From assembly GCA_046757145.1 (NCBI GenBank), contig JBHHXS010000002.1, forward strand, positions 1-34,209: 34,209 nucleotides of DNA. Direction: 5' to 3'. Origin of the DNA: Phycisphaerae bacterium (GTDB lineage: Bacteria; Planctomycetota; Phycisphaerae; UBA1845). The position numbers and the translations under genes were made by a program. Positions 17,076-24,926 of this stretch are shown here, piece by piece (within the stretch, counting starts at the first letter, position 1; each line of letters begins with the position of its first letter). The notes below the pieces were generated by a model. The model did no database searches. It saw only the letters and a program-made list of their open reading frames with translations, and had not been told where the DNA came from.

Positions 17076-18803
17076 TCAGTATAAACCTTCGGTTGGATCC
17101 GCGAAGACCTTGTCACTTTCACGGATGTATTTGTCCCATTCGCCGTCTCTGTCGGAGGTGGTGACTCCGATGGATTTCAGTGTCATGCCAGCCGCGCGAC
17201 CCGCTTCAATGGCCATTGCGGCGGCATCCGCCAAGTCCGGACTTTGACCGTGTTTGGCTTTGTAGTCCTTCTTGGACTCGAGCTTGATCCGGATCGACCG
17301 TCCGTCCGTTGCTCGGTCGAGATATTCACGCTGACAGAACTCTATCGCTGTCTCGGAATCGAATCCGCGCAGTTGCCCTGAAATGAGGAACTCCCTCGCG
17401 GCAAACCACATTTCCGCGACCTTGTTCGCGTAGACTTCATTGGCCGGCCTGGGATCCTCAGCGTTGATGGGAGCGTCGCCGGCAGCCCCGCCGAACTCGA
17501 CACGAATGATCTGACCCCAGTTGCGGGTGATGATGTCACAAAGCCCGCCTCCTTCTCCGGTAGCGTCTACGGCGCACATACCGGGTTTGACGTTCCGCTG
17601 TTTGCATTCGTCCTCACACTGTCGAGCGAGCTGATAGTGGACTGGCTCTTCCGCAACACTATCAGCGTCGATCTCGAGGGTGACTTTGTCCCTGAGATTC
17701 ATCACGGTATCGCCCTTGTCGTTCTTTCCGAATCGCGCAAAGCGAAGTTGCGGTCTGTCACCTCCACCGAATGCCGGGTCGAATCCCGCGACATCAATCC
17801 ACCATTCGCCAGTGAACTCGTGTTCGTTCCGCATGCCGTGGTTCTGTGTGAGCAAACCTTCCGTGAACACGGTCTTGATCGTACCCTCCGATGGTGGGAA
17901 CCCGCGATACTCAGTATAGAACTCCGGTGATGATGCTCCTAATCGACGTTCTGCATTGCGCAATCGCCCTTCTGTGACGAGGTACGGCCATCTGGTCTTG
18001 CCTTCAATCAGATTCGGACTTTTCTCTGCATCGAATCGCACGCACATCCCGGCTCTGCCGTGCAACTGTTTGATCGTGCGCCAACCATCGCTATCGACCG
18101 TGACGGAGGACCACCCGCTTTCTGGTTCCATGAACTGACCCATGACATCAAGCCGCGACCGTGGATTACCCATCACGACGAGCTTGAATTCCTGAGCACC
18201 GGCATACAGGTTGGCACACGCCTCAAACACGGCCTCCGGAACGCTTGTTGCCTCATCGACAACGACCAGTTGCCGGCGAGTGTGAATGCCTTTGATGTGA
18301 TCGATTGCCTTTGTCACACTTCCTTCCTCAACCGCCACACCGAACATCGCATGTTTATCGTCGCCCTTTTGTGATTGCCAGGTTGTCTTCGAATCGACCA
18401 TGTTCCCGAAGGCACCGATTGACATGGTCCGGTAGAGATTCTGAACGACGCCCCAGGCACGCTTTCGGATCATTGCCTTCGTCGTAGACGTTAGAATGAC
18501 ACTGGACACGTCGGCTGCACACAACCACCATGCGGTCGCACAAAGGGCGCTTCCGTGAGTCTTTCCAGAACTGGCACAACCCGACATGCAGGTCCAGTCC
18601 TCATAGACGAATGCCTCGACGAACTTCTCCAGCCACGGATTCCATTCCGTATCCGGCCAGATCATGTGGATGAAACGCTTGAAATGTGTCAGCCGGCCAA
18701 GACCTCCTCGCTCGACCGGCAGATTGTTGATGTACGCGAGCGCCTCCCTCTCAAGAGGAGAGTACTCCGTCGGCATACCGTATGTATCAGGTCGATACTG
18801 CAT
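17076..18803 (-). CDS. terL: Terminase large subunit (575 aa)
   Basis: Walker A GCASSGKT, Walker B LVVVDEATSV, and a C-terminal RNase H-like nuclease region with CAVDATGEGGG and DLADAAAMA. Lies directly upstream of the portal-like gene. Confidence 0.9.
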   Translation of the reverse strand: MQYRPDTYGMPTEYSPLEREALAYINNLPVERGGLGRLTHFKRFIHMIWPDTEWNPWLEKFVEAFVYEDWTCMSGCASSGKTHGSALCATAWWLCAADVSSVILTSTTKAMIRKRAWGVVQNLYRTMSIGAFGNMVDSKTTWQSQKGDDKHAMFGVAVEEGSVTKAIDHIKGIHTRRQLVVVDEATSVPEAVFEACANLYAGAQEFKLVVMGNPRSRLDVMGQFMEPESGWSSVTVDSDGWRTIKQLHGRAGMCVRFDAEKSPNLIEGKTRWPYLVTEGRLRNAERRLGASSPEFYTEYRGFPPSEGTIKTVFTEGLLTQNHGMRNEHEFTGEWWIDVAGFDPAFGGGDRPQLRFARFGKNDKGDTVMNLRDKVTLEIDADSVAEEPVHYQLARQCEDECKQRNVKPGMCAVDATGEGGGLCDIITRNWGQIIRVEFGGAAGDAPINAEDPRPANEVYANKVAEMWFAAREFLISGQLRGFDSETAIEFCQREYLDRATDGRSIRIKLESKKDYKAKHGQSPDLADAAAMAIEAGRAAGMTLKSIGVTTSDRDGEWDKYIRESDKVFADPTEGLY

Positions 18804-18990
18804 GTCGCGCTCTCAGCACTCGTAGCACTTCCTCGTCCATGCTCTTAAATGCGAAGGCGCATAACGGACTGCAATACTTGCGTCGCCTGAATATCACGAG
18901 ATCCTCAAGCCGACCGTTCGGATACCGTTTCCGTTGCAGCAACACCTTGCACGCTCGGCACGCTTTGAGCGGTTCCTTGCGTCTCTTCAT
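18787..18990 (-). CDS. Small basic zinc-ribbon-like protein (67 aa from the internal ATG)
   Basis: MKRRKEPLKACRACKV ... RKYCSPLC gives CxxC ... CxxxC. Overlaps the terL start by 17 nt and the 3' end of ORF 18905..19300 by 86 nt, so one of the two may not be real. Confidence 0.35.
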   Translation of the reverse strand: MKRRKEPLKACRACKVLLQRKRYPNGRLEDLVIFRRRKYCSPLCAFAFKSMDEEVLRVLRARHAVST

Positions 18991-19300
18991 TTTGTTGCTT
19001 CTCAGCACTCCCTCTGTTGACTTTGATCGAGTCAGCCGCCCAGTCGAGGCTTTGCGCGGCCCGGCCGTTAGCATCGTAGGCGAGCGTCAACGCCTTTGAC
19101 ATCAGGTACAGTTTCGAGAGATTGATTTTGAGTTGATTCACGACCTGTTGCAGATGATCACGCTCGGCCGCGAGGCCATCAATGGCATCTCTCAATCTGC
19201 TGATCTGCTGCTGAAAAGACTTGTTCTTGGCGAGTTCACGATCTCTCTCGTAGACAAGAGTGTCTATCTGTTCCTTGAGGGTTGCTTTCTTTGTGGTCAT
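18905..19300 (-). CDS. Coiled-coil hypothetical protein (131 aa); small-terminase candidate by position only
   Basis: ORF track. Heptad-like sequence KEQIDTLVYERDRELAKNKSFQQQISRLRDAIDGLAAERDHLQQVVNQLK. Lies upstream of terL. Confidence 0.4.
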   Translation of the reverse strand: MTTKKATLKEQIDTLVYERDRELAKNKSFQQQISRLRDAIDGLAAERDHLQQVVNQLKINLSKLYLMSKALTLAYDANGRAAQSLDWAADSIKVNRGSAEKQQNEETQGTAQSVPSVQGVAATETVSERSA

Positions 19301-19303
19301 ACT

Positions 19304-19657
19304 TCAGTCCTCCTTCCCGTCTGCTCGCAATCCAGTGTTGGGAACTACCTGCACGGCCCGATCATCCCAGATTTCGATGCATGCAAAGTCCTTCGTGCAC
19401 GTTATCGGCAGAATCCTGCCAATGTGTTTCTGACACCAATCTTGAATCGGCGCTCGGACTTCCTCTCGAGTTTGACCGCTCGTTTTCACAGCCGGTTTGC
19501 TGATGCGCGCTATGAAGATCCGAATCTCCTTTCCTTGTGCGAGCCACGATTTCACGCGCGCAACCATCGCAGGGATTGGCTCCCCGATGTTGCCGGTGCC
19601 ATGCCATCCATCATAGTGCGCCAGTGTTCCGTCGAGGTCTACGCCGATCCAGCTCAT
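19304..19657 (-). CDS. Small HAD-superfamily phosphatase-like protein (117 aa)
   Basis: N-terminal IGVDLDGTLA (DxDxT nucleophile motif), TCTKD and WDDRA in the order of HAD motifs. Confidence 0.6.
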   Translation of the reverse strand: MSWIGVDLDGTLAHYDGWHGTGNIGEPIPAMVARVKSWLAQGKEIRIFIARISKPAVKTSGQTREEVRAPIQDWCQKHIGRILPITCTKDFACIEIWDDRAVQVVPNTGLRADGKED

Positions 19658-19660
19658 AGA

Positions 19661-20056
19661 TCAGTCCTGCCTCCAATCCTGTTGCGCCTCCATGCGCCTG
19701 ATCACGGGTATAATGTCTGTATCACCTTTGGCATTTGCACGTGCAATGCATTCTGATGCAGACGTGTCGAACACCTTCATATGCGTATCCCAATCCGGAG
19801 AGTTATACCATTCCCTCCTTCGCTTGTCTGTGTTGTTGCAGGAGTCGAGGATTATTCTGTTGTGGCCAGCCATGAATAGAGCGGCGACCATCGTATGACA
19901 GATCGCCCATACGTATGGCTCGGCTTCATTCACAAACTGCTGGCCGTGGAGCGCCAGTCGCACCGAGTCAGGGTTGACCACCGGGACCGCTTGTTCCTTT
20001 GCCCATGTGCTCTTTCCGCTGTAGGGCAAACCGATTGTCAGTATCAATTTCTTCAT
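19661..20056 (-). CDS. P-loop kinase (131 aa), polynucleotide-kinase/AAA_33-like
   Basis: Walker A GLPYSGKST at the N-terminus and ILDSCN as a Walker B-like strand. The size and layout resemble phage nucleotide/polynucleotide kinases. Confidence 0.65.
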   Translation of the reverse strand: MKKLILTIGLPYSGKSTWAKEQAVPVVNPDSVRLALHGQQFVNEAEPYVWAICHTMVAALFMAGHNRIILDSCNNTDKRRREWYNSPDWDTHMKVFDTSASECIARANAKGDTDIIPVIRRMEAQQDWRQD

Positions 20057-20101
20057 AGGTCAGTCTTCGATGTATGAACTGGATTGTCTTGCGATTGCGA
20101 C

Positions 20102-20521
20102 TCATGATGATTTTGGGTTGTCCGAGATAGTAGGACATAAGCGACGTAGATCAGCAAGGGACTCTCGATATGTGATCGCAGAGGCCCTACAAATGTCACC
20201 AACACCATCCATATGCATTTTCATAGCCTTTGCGTGTTTACGTTCCCAAAAGCGTACCTTGCGTTCAAACACGCACTCAAGCTGATGTTCCCATGATGAC
20301 GGCTTTACGAGCATGACTGGATCACTGATAAGCCACTCAGTATCTTTATCATTCTGCTTCACAGAACCGTCATTTAACAAGTACCATGCCCCTCGTGGAA
20401 TGTTACACGTGTATCCCGCGAACTTCCAACCATGCTTCACTGTCACTCTTGGTCTATTGACACCTTCACGCACATCTGAAGTAATGTCTTTGTCGTCATT
20501 CATAGTACACTCTCTATTCAT
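20102..20521 (-). CDS. Hypothetical protein (139 aa)
   Basis: ORF track. A second in-frame ATG lies 6 codons in. No motif recognised. Confidence 0.45.
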   Translation of the reverse strand: MNRECTMNDDKDITSDVREGVNRPRVTVKHGWKFAGYTCNIPRGAWYLLNDGSVKQNDKDTEWLISDPVMLVKPSSWEHQLECVFERKVRFWERKHAKAMKMHMDGVGDICRASAITYRESLADLRRLCPTISDNPKSS

Positions 20522-20609
20522 TTCTCAGAGCCGGGGCGTTTCATGCGGGAAATCTCAAGTCTAAACCCGGCTGCTTTCTTAGGGGCAGACCATACCCCGG
20601 CTCTGAGAA
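20522..20609 (-). promoter_or_regulatory. Long-range perfect 15 bp inverted repeat filling an intergenic gap (candidate processing or translational-control stem)
   Basis: TTCTCAGAGCCGGGG (20522..20536) is the exact reverse complement of CCCCGGCTCTGAGAA (20595..20609), with 58 nt between them. The downstream arm abuts the ATG at 20521. Confidence 0.4.
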
Positions 20610-20611
20610 TT

Positions 20612-20887
20612 TCATGTCTGTGCCTCCCGCCGTTCATATGGATTTAGAATAAACTCAATGCTATAAAGGCCACACGTCAGCACTATTTCGCTGGCAGCGA
20701 CTACATAGCGTAACTTCTCTGTGAGCTCTCCACCTTTAATCTCACCGGACTCAACCGACTCACGAAAATGGAAACGCGGACACCATAAACCGCAGTTCGC
20801 AGCAAGCGGGTTGTAAGGACACTTCTGTTGCATCCATTGCCCAAGCTTCCGGACCTCCAACGTCGTGTCTTTGATTCGTGCTCTCAT
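20612..20887 (-). CDS. Small Cys-rich protein (91 aa), paralog of the adjacent ORF
   Basis: Shares with 20890..21171 the N-terminus M-x-ARI-x-D-xx-LEV-x-K-x-G-x-W-x-QQ-x-C, a CxxxCP motif and a C-terminal LTCG. Confidence 0.5.
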   Translation of the reverse strand: MRARIKDTTLEVRKLGQWMQQKCPYNPLAANCGLWCPRFHFRESVESGEIKGGELTEKLRYVVAASEIVLTCGLYSIEFILNPYERREAQT

Positions 20888-20889
20888 TC

Positions 20890-21171
20890 CTATATGCAGT
20901 ATTCACGTTTCACACCGCCGCACGTCAGAATAATGACCTCATATGTACTGGGGGATAGGCTCCGCTCTTCGATCATCAAATGAGGGCAAGACAGTGTGCA
21001 TCGCGGCTGCTGAATGTTCACGCTTGTTGTCGTTTCACAACCAACATCAGGTGTGCAATCGGCAATGTTCGGGGGAGTGCAAAGTCCAATCGCACTGAAC
21101 ATGCAGAACTGCTGGTGCCATTCACCGGCTTTGCTGACTTCAAGACATCCGTCTACAATGCGTGCACTCAT
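20890..21171 (-). CDS. Small Cys-rich protein (93 aa), paralog of the adjacent ORF
   Basis: See 20612..20887. MSARIVDGCLEVSKAGEWHQQFC ... CTLSCP ... ILTCG. Confidence 0.5.
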   Translation of the reverse strand: MSARIVDGCLEVSKAGEWHQQFCMFSAIGLCTPPNIADCTPDVGCETTTSVNIQQPRCTLSCPHLMIEERSLSPSTYEVIILTCGGVKREYCI

Positions 21172-21419
21172 AACTTCATCACCCCTGTTCTCACACGACA
21201 GTTAATCTCTGCCTTCAACGCCTGCCCTAACCCGACCAGCGCACACGTCACCCCTTTCATCAACTCCATCGGATCCGTGCCGCCCTCCCCGTTCATGATC
21301 TCCATCACAGCGTCTATCCCTTCATCCTCTCCCTTCGCATTCACCACCGCTCGAAACAACCGTTGCGACAACGAATCATCCGCAACCACCTCAACGTTTC
21401 CTTTTGACTTCTTCTTCAT
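21168..21419 (-). CDS. Hypothetical protein (83 aa)
   Basis: ORF track. 4 nt overlaps with both neighbours. Confidence 0.45.
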   Translation of the reverse strand: MKKKSKGNVEVVADDSLSQRLFRAVVNAKGEDEGIDAVMEIMNGEGGTDPMELMKGVTCALVGLGQALKAEINCRVRTGVMKL

Positions 21420-21673
21420 TGCTTGTCATCCCCCGAAACCCCTTGCCCGTCCAGCGAATCCGCAATGTCCACCAAAATACCCCCTTGAATCGCCATCAGT
21501 GCTCCAGTCTCGGGCAGCACATTTTCACGAACGGCTTGCTTAAGTCGGTGATTGCCCTTCCATCTCAGTCGCTTTGCAAGTGCTTCAAGGATCACTGTTG
21601 CACTCTCGTTCGTGAATGGTTGGTCGCGTTGCAATTTTTTCATTCCAACAACCCTACAATACCTCGACCCCAT
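21416..21673 (-). CDS. Hypothetical protein (85 aa)
   Basis: ORF track. Co-directional and overlapping gene chain. Confidence 0.45.
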   Translation of the reverse strand: MGSRYCRVVGMKKLQRDQPFTNESATVILEALAKRLRWKGNHRLKQAVRENVLPETGALMAIQGGILVDIADSLDGQGVSGDDKQ

Positions 21674-21708
21674 TGTCCAATGTCATTCGTAACTTTTTTC
21701 AGAGATTT

Positions 21709-22641
21709 TCAGCACGATAATGGCATGCCTAGTGTGACGTCACACCGCTGCCGAATCAACTCTACGTATTCAGGGTTCAGCTCGATCAACACGGCTTTCC
21801 GGGCCAGATCGATGGCCACCATGCCGGTCGTGCCGCTGCCAGCGAAGGGATCAAGGACGGTATCCCCTGGCCGGCTGCCGGCGAGAATGCAAAGTCGCGG
21901 CAACGTCGGCGGGAAGGTGGCGAAATGGGCTTCTGCATACGGCGCGGTCGGGATCGTCCAGACAGAGCGGCGGTTGCGGTGGCCTGAATTGCCCCATACT
22001 CGGTCAGACTCATGAACGCAATTATCGGTCCTGCCATTGCTCCCAAGCCTCCCGCTGGAACGGTTGCCGGGGGCGTGCGGTAAACCAATCATCGCCTCCT
22101 TAACCGCCTCCGCATCGTAGTAGTAACACCCTGACTTTGTGAGCATGAACACGTACTCGTGCGACTTCGTGCATCGGTCCGTCACACTTTCAGGCATGCA
22201 CGAACGCTTGGACCAGATGATGTCCTGCCGCAGCCACCAGCCGTCAGCCTGGAGCGCCAGGGCAACCCGCCACGGGATGCCACACAGGTCCTTGGGTTTG
22301 AGGTGACACGAGCATCTTCTTGATATTGCCTTGGGGCTTGACCGTTGAGCAGCCTTTGATAACCCTGGGTTCTTTGTTCCATCATTTACCCCACTCCCAA
22401 AATACGAGTCCGCCAAGACCAACCACAACGCGCCATCGGGCTTGAGCACCCTCCAAACTCCACGAAACACCTCGACCATGTTCGCCACGTATTCCTCGGG
22501 CGTCGGCTCCAGGCCGAGCTGGCCCGGCACACCGTAATCCCGTAGCCCCCAGTATGGCGGGCTCGTCACCACACACTGAACCGAATCGCCCGGCAGCTCA
22601 GCCAGCTTATCTCGAACGTCGCCTTGGAAAATCTCGATCAT
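21709..22641 (-). CDS. Beta-class N6-adenine/N4-cytosine DNA methyltransferase (310 aa), orphan
   Basis: N-terminal catalytic motif IV VVTSPPYW and C-terminal AdoMet motif I VLDPFAGSGTTG, plus RQDIIWSK and HEYVFMLTK. An SD-like AAGAGGTG lies upstream. No nuclease partner is adjacent. Confidence 0.9.
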   Translation of the reverse strand: MIEIFQGDVRDKLAELPGDSVQCVVTSPPYWGLRDYGVPGQLGLEPTPEEYVANMVEVFRGVWRVLKPDGALWLVLADSYFGSGVNDGTKNPGLSKAAQRSSPKAISRRCSCHLKPKDLCGIPWRVALALQADGWWLRQDIIWSKRSCMPESVTDRCTKSHEYVFMLTKSGCYYYDAEAVKEAMIGLPHAPGNRSSGRLGSNGRTDNCVHESDRVWGNSGHRNRRSVWTIPTAPYAEAHFATFPPTLPRLCILAGSRPGDTVLDPFAGSGTTGMVAIDLARKAVLIELNPEYVELIRQRCDVTLGMPLSC

Positions 22642-22644
22642 ACA

Positions 22645-22845
22645 TCACACCTCTTGCTCTTGTTCATGATCAAACTCCACACTCTCGCTTGCAACCCGAC
22701 ATTCCTCGATGTGCCACACATACCACACCGTCCCAGGCATAGCCCCTAACCCTCCAGCACGACGTACAACCGGCATCCCTCGACGCTTCAACTCCAAACA
22801 CAACTCGTCGTTCGTTAAATCACGCGTTGTCTGTTCACTATTCAT
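22645..22845 (-). CDS. Hypothetical protein (66 aa)
   Basis: ORF track only. Confidence 0.4.
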   Translation of the reverse strand: MNSEQTTRDLTNDELCLELKRRGMPVVRRAGGLGAMPGTVWYVWHIEECRVASESVEFDHEQEQEV

Positions 22846-22870
22846 GACGTCTTCTCATCTCCTCTCACGG

Positions 22871-23224
22871 TCAGGTGTCTACTTCATCAACCATCGCCTC
22901 GTGCATCCTCACCAATACCTCCCGCGCCTGCCCAATCACCGCCATCATCAACGCGTGACTCACCGCCCACTCACTGCTATGCTCCACCTTGCCAAACCCA
23001 TCTACCAACCCTCGAACCCATTCTATCACTCCACGAACCTCCTTCACCGTCACCTCTCCCCCGTCTCGCAACTTATTCAGTATATCGTCAATGCCATACG
23101 TTGAACTAGAACTACCATGCTGGTTTTCATATACCATCCTATGCAACGCATATAATTGTGTCCTCATCCAGCTTGGCATCGATCCTTTACCCACCTTGTA
23201 CACCACATGTAATCTGGTTATCAT
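22871..23224 (-). CDS. Hypothetical protein (117 aa)
   Basis: ORF track only. First gene after a ~370 bp non-coding gap. Confidence 0.45.
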   Translation of the reverse strand: MITRLHVVYKVGKGSMPSWMRTQLYALHRMVYENQHGSSSSTYGIDDILNKLRDGGEVTVKEVRGVIEWVRGLVDGFGKVEHSSEWAVSHALMMAVIGQAREVLVRMHEAMVDEVDT

Positions 23225-23598
23225 TCGCTACCTTTCTTTCCTTCTGCATGCCCCCTCAACCGTCGCCTAGTCCGCCCCTCTCTCTCGTCTCCACACATTC
23301 TCATCCCTCAACTCTCCCACTCCCATATCCACATTGCAAGAAGTTTTTGAAACTTTTTAGCAGTTTCAAAGACGACCTCATCAACAACCGCTCTTCTCAG
23401 ACCACCCAAACCCTCTTAACACACCTCAGCTCCAACTCTTCGTCGAAAAGTTACCAGATCACCAGATTGTTGTGTGGGGGGTCATTATATATGAATGGGG
23501 CGGCAGTTTTGGGGTAGGTGGCCTTGCTGCTCGAGACTCCCCCCCCCTTCGAATTCGGTGGATCTAGTGTGACATCCTGTCTCAATTGAATATAACTG

Positions 23599-24318
23599 TT
23601 ATTGTTCGTCACTCACAGCTTCTGTAACCTGTTGCAAATCAACGGGGGCATCTGGACCGGGTTCAGATTGTGCGAACTTGGGGGTCGAATCTGACTCGGA
23701 CGTGGACACTTGGATGGCCTCAGACCGATGGTCGACGTCACCCATCATGCCGGCCGACACCCTGCCCAGGACCAGCACGTTGTTGATCTGGCCGGGCTGG
23801 TTGGCACGGTCGAGTCCGAGTGCTTTCCGTTGAGTATCAGCGGCTTGGCAAAACGCACCTGTCAGGGAACGCACATCATCGGGCCGACGGGCGTCTTGGT
23901 TTTCTACGCGGCGCACGGCTTCACGCATAAACTTCCCTGCGCCGTCAATGTGGTCGGCGAGTATCCGACGGATGAACTCAGGGTCGTTTTCAAGGTAACG
24001 TTCAATGCTAGCCACGGCTCGTGGGATCGCACGTCGTACAGCCCGGCGGGTGATTGTCCTGGGGTCTGGACGCGGTACATTGCGGCGCGCAATGTCCCAT
24101 TGCTCTTTTTGTGCACGTAGACACAGGCTTGCTTCTGAGATGCCAAGCTTAGACCGGATTTCAGTGTAGGTATGGCCTCGTTCGGCCATTTGACGGGCCT
24201 CGGTCCATTCGGTGGCGGTGAATTTAGGGCGAAAGCGGCCTTCACCGGGCCGGCGTTTATTGTACGCATTTCGGCGCTTCGGCGGTGCTGATGCTGTTCG
24301 TGGCAGATTGGCACTCAT
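23599..24318 (-). CDS. Basic HTH-domain protein (239 aa): regulator or small-terminase-like DNA-binding protein
   Basis: FTATEWTEARQMAERGHTYTEIRSKLGISEASL looks like a helix-turn-helix of the kind found at the N-termini of small terminases and regulators. Arg-rich N-terminus and acidic C-terminus. Confidence 0.5.
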   Translation of the reverse strand: MSANLPRTASAPPKRRNAYNKRRPGEGRFRPKFTATEWTEARQMAERGHTYTEIRSKLGISEASLCLRAQKEQWDIARRNVPRPDPRTITRRAVRRAIPRAVASIERYLENDPEFIRRILADHIDGAGKFMREAVRRVENQDARRPDDVRSLTGAFCQAADTQRKALGLDRANQPGQINNVLVLGRVSAGMMGDVDHRSEAIQVSTSESDSTPKFAQSEPGPDAPVDLQQVTEAVSDEQ

Positions 24319-24374
24319 TTGGACATGCTTGAGGCGTTGGCCATGTTGGGGGAGTCTGCTGACGCTTCAGTCGC

Positions 24375-24836
24375 TTACGCTTGGGGGGAGCGGGGGGTTG
24401 AACACCGGTTGGGTCGGAAAGTTTCGGTGCGGGGGTCATTTTTCTCAGATTTGTTGTTCTCAGCCGCGAGACTGTGCATGCGGTCCATGGCGTCGTAGCG
24501 GTCTGTTACTGACCAGGCGAGAGTACCCCACTGGTAATTGCCCGGGTAGACCTCACGTGCTGGGTAGGGCTTGCCCATTATGGCCTCGGCGGATTTGGAC
24601 TGGATCTTGACGAGTTCGTGACAGACGACGCGACCGCCGATTGATTGCTCGTAGACTACCCAACTCCCTTGGCGAGCAATCTGAGTCAGCGTAAATCCGC
24701 CCTTGCGGAGAGACATTGCTATCGGAGGCACGGTGGCGCTCATACTGAGAGCATGCCATTGCCTGATGTGGTTGTCAACGGTTGTGGAGTGTGCGACCAG
24801 GGTGACGTCCGCAAGACCCGTACCAACTGAAAACAT
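24375..24836 (-). CDS. Hypothetical protein (153 aa; the true start may be the internal MSATV or MSLRK)
   Basis: ORF track. No motif I can name. Confidence 0.45.
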   Translation of the reverse strand: MFSVGTGLADVTLVAHSTTVDNHIRQWHALSMSATVPPIAMSLRKGGFTLTQIARQGSWVVYEQSIGGRVVCHELVKIQSKSAEAIMGKPYPAREVYPGNYQWGTLAWSVTDRYDAMDRMHSLAAENNKSEKNDPRTETFRPNRCSTPRSPQA

Positions 24837-24891
24837 TTTTCAACGGCATGATGTATGCTGTGCCTGGGTTGAAAAAAGTTGAAAAAAATTG

Positions 24892-24920
24892 TTGACACGG
24901 GAAATAGGGTGTCGTAGGCT
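24892..24920 (+). promoter_or_regulatory. Candidate sigma70-type promoter for the plus-strand cassette
   Basis: Perfect -35 TTGACA (24892..24897), a 17 nt spacer, then a weak -10 TAGGCT (24915..24920). Preceded by GTTGAAAAAA direct repeats at 24868 and 24878. The first ORF starts at 24927 (GTG) or 24930 (ATG), so the mRNA would have almost no leader. Confidence 0.35.
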
Positions 24921-24926
24921 GCCGAT

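Noticed and set aside
19133-22015. Plus-strand ORFs 19133..19756, 20980..21543 and 21404..22015 (187-207 aa)
   Set aside because: Each is antisense to a chain of overlapping minus-strand genes, including the motif-supported HAD phosphatase and DNA methyltransferase. Their composition is Ser/Pro/Arg-biased.
23158-23517. 119 aa plus-strand ORF in the long intergenic region
   Set aside because: The translation is Ser/Pro/Leu low-complexity, produced by the pyrimidine-rich strand. It has no ribosome-binding site. I treat the region as non-coding.
23225-23598. Looked for tRNA/tmRNA-like features around TTCGAATTC at ~23548
   Set aside because: No acceptor or T-arm pairing could be built around it, and no GGTTCGAATCC-type T-loop is present.
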